Origin: Dehalococcoidia bacterium
Lineage (GTDB): Bacteria; Chloroflexota; Dehalococcoidia; GIF9; AB-539-J10
Direction: 5' to 3'
DNA: 64,000 nt
NCBI GenBank assembly: GCA_040766535.1
Contig: JAXGQG010000005.1
Location: 12,129-76,128 of the forward strand
Below the pieces are notes generated by a model, which saw only the letters and a program-made list of their open reading frames with translations, was not told the origin of the DNA and did not search any database. A program made the translations under genes and the position numbers. Positions 57,122-64,000 of this stretch are shown in pieces (the stretch's first letter is position 1; each line of letters starts with the position of its first letter).

Positions 57122-57188
57122 CGTCATAGAACGAAGCCGCCCAGCGCCTCGTGGCGCATTAACGTCATCGGCGAGTCGATGGGAGCCA

Positions 57189-57527
57189 TCACCAGTAGTC
57201 TGTGGACTCCTTCTCTTCTCGCACGATAGCTCCAGACAAGGACCTGTGCGTGCACGGAGCGATGCCGAGCGGCGTTACACCGGCGAAGAAGCGGCGCGAC
57301 AGCGGAATCTCGAGCATCTTCATCCCTGCGATCAGCACCAACACCTCCGTGTCTCCGGCGGCGCCCACGGGGACATCCCGGCTGTCAGGGATTTCGAGCG
57401 AATCCGGGCGTGATGTGTCCGATAAGGATACCCCCACAGGAAGGCACAGTGCTACCACACTATGAGGCAGCGCCCCAAACCATGTGGTCATGCGCCGCTC
57501 GTCGGAGGGAGAGTTGTTGCCGGTCAT
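57189..57527 (-). CDS. hypothetical protein downstream of arsM (weak call)
   Basis: 112-aa ORF starting 10 nt after the arsM stop. Third-position GC is high by manual inspection. No SD and no recognisable family. Confidence 0.3.
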   Translation of the reverse strand: MTGNNSPSDERRMTTWFGALPHSVVALCLPVGVSLSDTSRPDSLEIPDSRDVPVGAAGDTEVLVLIAGMKMLEIPLSRRFFAGVTPLGIAPCTHRSLSGAIVREEKESTDYW

Positions 57528-57536
57528 GCTGTCCGG

Positions 57537-58355
57537 CTACTGCTTCACTGCAGTGATGAGGGCGGAGCGCACGTAGTCGGCGTATCCGGCGCCGTGCTGC
57601 CATCCGCTGATGATCTCCTCACTCTCGGGCTTGATATCGACCAGAATGGCGGTGAAGCCCGCCCGGTGCAGCATCCGCTCCAGGTCCGACACCAGAGCGG
57701 CGCCACCCACGCAGCCGCACAGTGAGCCCGTATCGCTCCTCAGGTTCGCGGGTAGAGGCTTAATGGCAACGACGTCGGAAATCGCCAGCCGACCCCCGGG
57801 CCGCAGTACACGGAAGGCATCGTCAAACACCGATTGCTTGTCCGGGGAGAGGTTGACAACGCAGTTCGACAGGATGACGTCGATGGTCCCGTCAGCCACC
57901 GGCAGGTGCTCGATCTCTCCCAGCCGGAACTCGACGTTGTGGTATCCGGCCGCACGCGCAGCGCGCCTTGACTTCGTCACCATGTCAGGGGTCATGTCCA
58001 CTCCGATGACCTTGCCTTTCGAGCCGACTCTGTGAGCCGCGAGAAAACAGTCCAGTCCTCCGCCGCTCCCGAGGTCCAGCACGGTTTCCCCTTCCTGCAA
58101 CGCGGCGATGACGTGCGGATTGCCGCAGCCCAGGCCCATGTCCGCTCCCGCCGGAACCGCCGACACGTCGTCAGGCGAGTATCCGAGCTTCGCGGCGTAC
58201 TCGGTGGCATCGCGAGGGGACGGTGCGTCGGTCCCTCCGCAGCAACAGGAACCCTCTGCGCGTGCGATAGCGCCATATCGGTTTCGCACCTGTTCTCGCA
58301 GAGTGTCGCTATCAGGCTGATTCATTGCGTCACCGTCCTCGAGCCATTCGTTCAT
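57537..58355 (-). CDS. arsM: arsenite S-adenosylmethionine methyltransferase
   Basis: VRNRYG, Cys cluster GSCCCGG, SAM motif VLDLGSGGGLD, VGVDMT, LRPGGRLAISD, and the conserved CGC (SLCGCVGGA). The ATG overlaps the arsR stop (ATGA). Confidence 0.9.
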   Translation of the reverse strand: MNEWLEDGDAMNQPDSDTLREQVRNRYGAIARAEGSCCCGGTDAPSPRDATEYAAKLGYSPDDVSAVPAGADMGLGCGNPHVIAALQEGETVLDLGSGGGLDCFLAAHRVGSKGKVIGVDMTPDMVTKSRRAARAAGYHNVEFRLGEIEHLPVADGTIDVILSNCVVNLSPDKQSVFDDAFRVLRPGGRLAISDVVAIKPLPANLRSDTGSLCGCVGGAALVSDLERMLHRAGFTAILVDIKPESEEIISGWQHGAGYADYVRSALITAVKQ

Positions 58356-58738
58356 GTTCCCACTCGGCCGTTCGATGCCACCCTCCGGGTTCGCTGACAC
58401 CGGCAGATCTCGCCCGGATCACACGCCAGTACGCGCTGCAGGGAAGCCAGGTCTGCCTCGGTCTCCGGTGAACCGGAGAGGGATTCCACAAGCCACTGCC
58501 GCAAGAGAGGCGGAAACTCAGGTGACAGCCGGTAGTACACCCAGCGGCCATGTTTGCGGCTGTGCACCAGGAGTGCTCCTCGCAGAATGCTCATGTGCCG
58601 CGACACCGTTGGCGTGGCGAGGTTGAGCAGCGCGGTTATCTGGCAGACGCACAGCTCCTCGTGCTGCATCAGTACGGCAAGAACCCGCATGCGATTCGGG
58701 TCGGCAATTGCTCTTGCTGTTGAGACGGTCTCGTACAT
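58352..58738 (-). CDS. arsR: ArsR/SmtB family arsenic-responsive repressor
   Basis: LADPNRMRVLAVL...ELCVCQITALL (canonical CVC As(III) site), HTH, and a C-terminal C-x6-C-x-C. Confidence 0.85.
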   Translation of the reverse strand: MYETVSTARAIADPNRMRVLAVLMQHEELCVCQITALLNLATPTVSRHMSILRGALLVHSRKHGRWVYYRLSPEFPPLLRQWLVESLSGSPETEADLASLQRVLACDPGEICRCQRTRRVASNGRVGT

Positions 58739-58747
58739 GGCATCGAG

Positions 58748-58773
58748 ATCATTTAGCCGAATGGCTAAATGAT
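58748..58773. promoter_or_regulatory. candidate ArsR operator, perfect 11-4-11 palindrome
   Basis: ATCATTTAGCC-GAAT-GGCTAAATGAT. It lies 10 nt upstream of the arsR start and overlaps the -10 element. Confidence 0.55.
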
Positions 58774-58797
58774 ATTTCGACCGACCCCGATTGTCAA
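58769..58797 (-). promoter_or_regulatory. sigma70-like promoter of arsR-arsM
   Basis: Minus strand reads TTGACA (58797-58792), 17-nt spacer, TATCAT (58774-58769). Confidence 0.45.
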
Positions 58798-58923
58798 AAG
58801 ACGCTATGAAGGTGGTGCTGTCGGCGGTTGGGTCTCACCGGCGTGTGTACGGGACTCGCTCCTTCAGATGGGAGTGGCGCGCGGCATGTCGGCGTGCTCG
58901 TTCTGCCGAGAGCAGTGGGAGCA

Positions 58924-58942
58924 GGCGCGAGCCTTTCGCGCC
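58924..58942 (-). terminator. terminator-like hairpin after the ArsP-like permease
   Basis: GGCGCGA-5 nt-TCGCGCC, a 7-bp stem immediately after the stop at 58944. Confidence 0.4.
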
Positions 58943-58943
58943 T

Positions 58944-59837
58944 TCAGGCCAGCATGACCTGGAACAACAGACCGGCCAGGGTAGCGGCCAGGAAGACCAC
59001 CACGACGAACACGACGACCAGCTGCGGCTTGAGGATGCCGGCCAACATGCTCATCTCGGGGATGCTCATGCCTGCGCCTCCGATTATCAGCGCGATGACC
59101 GCCCCCATGCTCATGCCCTTCTGTACCAGCGCGAGCGCCACCGGGATGATCGTCTCTCCGCGTACATACAACGGCACGCCGATGATTGCAGCCACCGGAA
59201 TCGCAAAGGGGTTCTGCGGACCGGCCAATCGCACCACCATCTCACTGGGGACGTAGCCGTGTATCGCCGCCCCGACCGCAACTCCTATGAGGAGGAACGG
59301 CAGGATCCCGCGCAGGTCATGCCAGGCGCCAGCGAAGGCATGGCGAAGCTTCTCCGCAAACGTGGGTAACGCCGCCCGTTCAAATTCGTCGGCGCTGACA
59401 ATCCTGACGTACTTGGCGTACCCCAGCCACGAAAGGATGGCGCCGGTAATCACGGCCAGAATGAAGGTGGTCGCACCGTAAGCTACGCAGGCCTTCCAGC
59501 CGAGGAGGGCCAGGATCATCGCGAGTATGATTGGATTGAGCAGCGGCGACGCCAGGAGGAATGACATGGTGGCGCCGAAAGGCACGCCGGCTCGCAGCAG
59601 CCCGACGGTCATCGGAATGGTGGAGCATGAACAGAACGGCGTCAGCGCTCCCAGTCCCGCACCGGACAGGTACCCGAGCCCCCACTTCCTCTGGAGCCAT
59701 CTCTGCAGCGAGTCTTTCGAAATGTATTGCAGTGCGAGCCCGACGAGCGTGCTGATGCCGAGGAAGAGGGCGAAAAGCTCCGCAAGGGTCAGGAAGAGGA
59801 ACTGTAGGGACGACCACAATGCAGTCATAGGTGACAA
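58944..59837 (-). CDS. arsP: ArsP-type organoarsenical efflux permease (COG0701)
   Basis: Contains LTPFCSCSTIP, matching the TPFCSC vicinal-Cys motif described for ArsP. About 8 TM segments. The start may be 59828. Confidence 0.75.
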   Translation of the reverse strand: MSPMTALWSSLQFLFLTLAELFALFLGISTLVGLALQYISKDSLQRWLQRKWGLGYLSGAGLGALTPFCSCSTIPMTVGLLRAGVPFGATMSFLLASPLLNPIILAMILALLGWKACVAYGATTFILAVITGAILSWLGYAKYVRIVSADEFERAALPTFAEKLRHAFAGAWHDLRGILPFLLIGVAVGAAIHGYVPSEMVVRLAGPQNPFAIPVAAIIGVPLYVRGETIIPVALALVQKGMSMGAVIALIIGGAGMSIPEMSMLAGILKPQLVVVFVVVVFLAATLAGLLFQVMLA

Positions 59838-59915
59838 GCATCTCCTATCGCAGGCAAAACACCTCCACCATCAAGCTACGTTCACAAGAAAGAAGAAGAA
59901 CGGGGTGTGTATCTG

Positions 59916-60263
59916 TTATCCCTCAACGAACTTCCCTATATGGGCCAGACCATCCTTCCACACGTCGAGCCCAGAGCGGTAGGCCTCGCGTCCCTTGGGG
60001 GTCACGCTGTAGACCTTGCGCCTCCGTCCGTTGACAACCTCAAGGTGACACGTAACACAGCCGCACGCTTCAAACTCCCGCATTACGGGATAGACCGTCC
60101 CCTGGGTGGGCACACAGAAGTTGTCGGTCAGCCGTGCAACTCGTTGGATGATCTCGTAGCCGTGGGCCGGGCCAGCGCAGACTGCGCCGAGGATGAAGAA
60201 CTTGCACAGGCTCGCGTTCAAGATGCGGCTCCAGTACATCCTGCCGGTGTAGTTGATGGTCAT
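59916..60263 (-). CDS. PadR-family transcriptional regulator with unusual Cys cluster
   Basis: Winged-helix pattern FILGAV..GPAHGYEI......L.......GTVYPV..E.E and RKVYSVTPKGREA. It contains ACGCVTC in place of the usual hydrophilic wing residues. Start is uncertain (60293 TTG, 60263 or 60239 ATG). Confidence 0.7.
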   Translation of the reverse strand: MTINYTGRMYWSRILNASLCKFFILGAVCAGPAHGYEIIQRVARLTDNFCVPTQGTVYPVMREFEACGCVTCHLEVVNGRRRKVYSVTPKGREAYRSGLDVWKDGLAHIGKFVEG

Positions 60264-60742
60264 CTGTGCACTGCCGGATACCTTGAGGATCAAGGCTTAT
60301 TGTGCAGCGGCCAGTCTTGCGTGTCAACACGAATCGGCCGCGTCCGGTGGCAAGCGCATGCCAGGTTGCCGTCGCAGGATGGGAGAAGAGCCGCTTCCCA
60401 AGAAGGCTTCATGACGGGTTTGCCGGAGCCAGGACGCGATCGTCTGCTTTGCAGGGATCCAGCTCGCAAGAATGAAGCCTGCTGTGTTGCCAGCGACGGG
60501 CCGCCGCATCTCATCGCTGGCAGTTAACGGAGGTGCGCTGGGTGCTTTGCTGGCAGCGGCCGCGCCATGAGCACGGCGTATATCCGCGCCTGCGCTCGCC
60601 CTCACTGGTGCACGAACTGGCGGCGAATGACACCTCCTCTGGTGGTTCATGTGCCGACGTAATCGCTGGGAGACCCGGCGCGGAAGGTGAGCAGTCCAAT
60701 CCGTGGACGATGCGAAACCTATGATCTCGTCCAGACAGATGG

Positions 60743-61789
60743 GTGACACATGAGACATGCACATACTATGGCCGGCGTACGAATGTGTATGAGATCACAC
60801 CGGGGTATCGGAAGCTGTCGAGGTTGACTGATCTATCGAAGGAGGCGGGACGACGACTCAAGTGGTTCGACTACTACTACTCGCATGGTGAGAATGCGAG
60901 GCTGACCTGCCGCCATTTCGACATCTCACCACAGACGTTCTATCGCTGGAAGAGGGCGCTACAGTGCTGTGTGGAGATCAGCGGCATGGAGGTGCACGGC
61001 CACGTCGGCCGCGCAGGGTGAGACAGCCGGAGTACTCGCTTACGCTAGCTGAAGCGGTAGAGGAGTCCGAGAGAGCAGTACCCACGCTGGGGCAAGGACA
61101 AGCTGGTCGTGTTGCTGCGCAACGACGGGTTCAGCACGTCGGCATCGACGGTGGGCCGAATACTGAGGCGGCTCAAGGAGCGAGGCGTGCTGCACGAGCC
61201 TGTCTGCAAGGGGATCTCGGCGAGGAAGCGACTGCGAAGGCGGCCCTACGCCGTAAGGAAGCCGAAGGAGTATGTGGCGGAAGCTCCGGGGGACATCGTA
61301 GAGGTGGACACACTTGATGTGCGGCCGCTGCCGGGAGTCATACTGAAACACTTCACCGCCAGGGATATCGTCTCGAGGTGGGATGTGCTGGAAGCACACA
61401 CCAGGGCGACCTCACGGACTGCATCCGCCTTCATCGACACGCTCCTGGAACGGATGCCCTTCCCGGTGAAGGCAATCCAGGTGGATGGAGGTCCAGAATT
61501 CGAGGACCTCTTCGAGGTGGAGTGTCGGAAGAGAGGCATCCATCTCTTCGTGCTGCCTCCCCGCTCTCCCAAGCTGAACGGCCACGTGGAGCGCGCGCAG
61601 AGAACGCACACAGAGGAATTCTATGAGCTCACCGATAGTGGCTTCGACATCGCCGAACTCAACCAGGCACTACGCGAGTGGGAGCGCATCTATGATACCG
61701 TTCGCCCACATCAGGCACTTGGCTATCTCACCCCGAAACAATTCCTCCAGCAGTACCATCACAACCGAAAGGAGGTGATGTGTCACTAA
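60743..61789 (+). mobile_element. IS481-like insertion sequence remnant; DDE (rve) transposase reading frame broken into at least three frame segments
   Basis: HTH part ARLTCRHFDISPQTFYRWKR is in frame 2. RPRRVRQPEYSLTLAEAV is in frame 1. EQYPRWGKDKLVVLLRNDGFSTSASTVGRILRRLKERGVL plus the DDE core (VEVDTLD, IQVDGGPEF, NGHVERAQRT) are back in frame 2. I could not identify terminal inverted repeats. Confidence 0.7.
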
Positions 61790-61811
61790 TCTACTGAACG
61801 AGTACAACCTA

Positions 61812-61840
61812 TTGACAAACGTGGGGGGCAGAATTAGTAT
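61812..61840 (+). promoter_or_regulatory. promoter candidate upstream of cstA (just beyond the transposase stop)
   Basis: TTGACA, 17-nt spacer, TAGTAT. The leader to the cstA TTG start is about 135 nt, and that start follows GGAAAGGAGGTG. Confidence 0.35.
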
Positions 61841-61982
61841 GACACCACAGCCATACATCGTGTCGCGATACATGCACAGAGACGGGTTATGCGGAGGTGA
61901 GGCCTATGTAGCAGCGTCGGTGTCCGGGCGTCTCTCTTCACAGCTTCCCCAGCTACATCCTTTGGAAAGGAGGTGAGAGCAG

Positions 61983-63656
61983 TTGACTACCACGTTGATT
62001 ATCCTGATCGCGCTCGTCCTCTACGTGGCAGTGTACTTGCTGTACGGCAAGCGTATCGCCCACAATGTGGCCAAGCTTGACGCGACGGCGAAGACACCTG
62101 CACACAGGTTGTATGACGGCGTGGACTACGTGCCCGGCAAGTGGCCGGTAGTATTCGGTCACCACTTCGCCTCTATCGCGGGCGCGGGTCCGATTGTTGG
62201 CCCCATCCAGGGCGTAACCTGGGGCTGGGGCGCGGCCATCCTCTGGATCTGGTTCGGCAATGCCTTCATCGGCGCCGTGCACGATTTCATGGCGCTGGTG
62301 GCATCGATCAGATACGACGGCCGCTCCATTCAGTGGGTCGCGGGCGATGTGATGAAGCCGAGGGTTTCGGTTATCTTCGGCATATTTGTCTATATCGCCA
62401 TGATCCTGATCATTGCGTCCTTCACCAATGTCGTGATGAGCACGTTCGTTGGTGTGCCGTCGGTGGCTATGGCGTCGATCCTTTTTATTGTCATCGCTGT
62501 CATCATCGGGTACCTGCTCTACTGGAAGAAGCAGAGCCTTGTGGCGATGACCGTATTGGGACTCGTGCTGTTGGTCCTGGCGATCTGGTTCTCTCTGGGC
62601 AACCCGCTCACCGCGGAGGCGGGCGTCTGGCGCTGGGTGCTGCTGATCTACATCATCCTGGCCGCGGCACTGCCGGTCACCATACTGCTGCAGCCGCGTG
62701 ACTACCTGAATGCGTATCTGCTGGTGGCGTTCCTGGTGATCGGCGGACTGGCGTTCGTGATCATCAATGAACCGCTATCCTGGCCGGCGTTCACCAGCTT
62801 CGATGCGGTACTCATCGGTGGCAAGCCGTCCCCGTTCTGGCCGACTGTCCCGCTGATTATCGCGTGCGGCTCCCTCTCAGGCTTCCACGCCATTGTGGGC
62901 TCGGGTACGACGTCCAAGATGCTCAACAACGAGATGGACGCGCTGCGCATCGGCTACGGTGCGATGCTGACTGAAGGCTTCCTGGCGACTGTTGTGGTTG
63001 CCTCCCTCGGTGCGTTCGGTCTCGAAGTTGCGAAGAAGACGGCTGCCGATGTCGGCGCTGCGGGCTGGACGGTTCTCGGCATTCCGCAGTTCAGCCAGGC
63101 GTATGCCATGGGCGCCAATCAGGCGTTTGGCATGTCGCTGTCGTTCGGCACGACGTTCGCCTCGCTGGTGGTCTGTGCTTTTGCGCTGACGTCGCTGGAC
63201 ACCACGTGCCGCCTCGGACGCTTCGCCTGGCAGGACTTCTGGGGTCGCGTGGTCAGTCCCGGGGCGCAGTCGGGCGGTGGCTATAAGTTCTTCACCAACC
63301 GCTGGGTGGCCTCAATCATCGCTGGTGGACTGGGCGTATACATAGCGACCACCGGCGGCTTGTTCTCGGCCATCTGGGCGGCGTTTGGTGCGGCCAACCA
63401 GATGCTGGCGGCGGTCGCCCTCATGACCGCCTGCGTCTTCTCCACGAAGATCCTGCGCGGCGGGCAGAAATGCTGGTTGACGCTGATTCCAGCGTTCTTC
63501 CTCTGGATAACGGTATTCGCGGCGATGATCTGGTACGTGATGAACATGGCCGGTTCCGCCAGCCCAATCACCATGGGGTTCATGGTCATTCTGATTGTTC
63601 TGGCGGTCATACTGCTTATCGAGGCATTGAGCTCGCTGCGAGGTCCTAAGAAGTAG
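61983..63656 (+). CDS. cstA: carbon starvation protein A (CstA family peptide/pyruvate transporter)
   Basis: FGHHFASIAGAGPIVGP, LSGFHAIVGSGTTSK, and many TM segments. Confidence 0.9.
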   Translation: MTTTLIILIALVLYVAVYLLYGKRIAHNVAKLDATAKTPAHRLYDGVDYVPGKWPVVFGHHFASIAGAGPIVGPIQGVTWGWGAAILWIWFGNAFIGAVHDFMALVASIRYDGRSIQWVAGDVMKPRVSVIFGIFVYIAMILIIASFTNVVMSTFVGVPSVAMASILFIVIAVIIGYLLYWKKQSLVAMTVLGLVLLVLAIWFSLGNPLTAEAGVWRWVLLIYIILAAALPVTILLQPRDYLNAYLLVAFLVIGGLAFVIINEPLSWPAFTSFDAVLIGGKPSPFWPTVPLIIACGSLSGFHAIVGSGTTSKMLNNEMDALRIGYGAMLTEGFLATVVVASLGAFGLEVAKKTAADVGAAGWTVLGIPQFSQAYAMGANQAFGMSLSFGTTFASLVVCAFALTSLDTTCRLGRFAWQDFWGRVVSPGAQSGGGYKFFTNRWVASIIAGGLGVYIATTGGLFSAIWAAFGAANQMLAAVALMTACVFSTKILRGGQKCWLTLIPAFFLWITVFAAMIWYVMNMAGSASPITMGFMVILIVLAVILLIEALSSLRGPKK

Positions 63657-63662
63657 TAGATC

Positions 63663-63932
63663 TTGATACTCAAGGCAATCATAGGGTTTCTGCGAGACTT
63701 TGGAAGCGGGCTAAGATCCCATTCCACTGAGTACGTCGAGTTCGAACTCAGGGAAATGGAGAACATCTTAGCCCTGCTTCTATTCAGCTCGTTCCTCGGG
63801 CTGCCAAGTCCGCCATCCGACCTGTCCCTGCGGCTCATGCCCTATATGGTGCGGGAGATGCACGTCATGAGCCGCAGGGCGGGCGACCTGGACGACGTTG
63901 CCGGCGAAGTTGCCGGTATGTTCATCGATTGA
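63663..63932 (+). CDS. small hypothetical protein between cstA and ArsA-like ATPase
   Basis: 89-aa ORF (TTG start) in coding-like frame. It ends 11 nt before the next ATG. No family recognised. Confidence 0.4.
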   Translation: MILKAIIGFLRDFGSGLRSHSTEYVEFELREMENILALLLFSSFLGLPSPPSDLSLRLMPYMVREMHVMSRRAGDLDDVAGEVAGMFID

Positions 63933-63943
63933 GGATGACTCGA

Positions 63944-64000
63944 ATGGCGCTGCGCATCGTGTATTCGGTAGGCAAGGGCGGAGTCGGCAAGACCACATGC
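63944..64000 (+). CDS. ArsA/GET3-family P-loop ATPase, 3' end cut by window edge
   Basis: MALRIVYSVGKGGVGKTT(C) is a deviant Walker A typical of ArsA/ParA-type ATPases. Only 19 codons are visible. Confidence 0.55.
   Translation, partial: MALRIVYSVGKGGVGKTTC

Noticed and set aside
59907-60527. 206-aa plus-strand ORF.
   Set aside because: It is mostly antisense to the PadR gene, which has a clear winged-helix signature. The remainder runs into the featureless spacer.

Overview
Visibly GC-rich bacterial chromosomal window. I found no rRNA, tRNA or CRISPR array by eye. About 58 credible protein genes are present, and many long antisense ORFs are treated as GC artefacts. Layout by region: (1) 1-16 kb is housekeeping: mnmA, rnhB, yraN, serS, lysS, speH-speE, pcrA, mutL, asd. 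(2) 16-39 kb holds metabolic and transport genes, including a CobS/CobT-like AAA+/VWA pair with no CobN, a methyltransferase-GH3-histidine kinase operon with no response regulator, two tandem DUF401 membrane paralogs, an OYE/FadH-like reductase and fmt. (3) At 39.6 kb sits dnaA without dnaN. It is followed by nadD converging on gyrB, with a 162-bp imperfect tandem duplication of the gyrB 3' end. (4) 44-53 kb holds hisS, iorAB, an MhpD-like hydratase, and a four-gene operon of MOFRL kinase, split UxaA/SuyAB-like dehydratase and LarA-like racemase. (5) 53-62 kb is an arsenic/organoarsenical island. It has two ArsR with different palindromic operators, two ArsP-like CxC permeases, ArsM, a frameshifted thioredoxin-like gene, two CxC lipoprotein paralogs next to a DsbD_2/ArsG-like membrane protein, and a Cys-decorated PadR. 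A decayed IS481-like transposase bounds it. (6) The window ends with cstA, a small ORF and the start of an ArsA-like ATPase. I see no clear-cut undescribed system. The best candidates for something new are the LarA-containing hydroxyacid operon, the methyltransferase-GH3-kinase module with the DUF401 pair, and the unusual Cys-motif proteins and regulators of the arsenic island. All functional calls rest on my recognition of motifs in the supplied translations; no searches were run.
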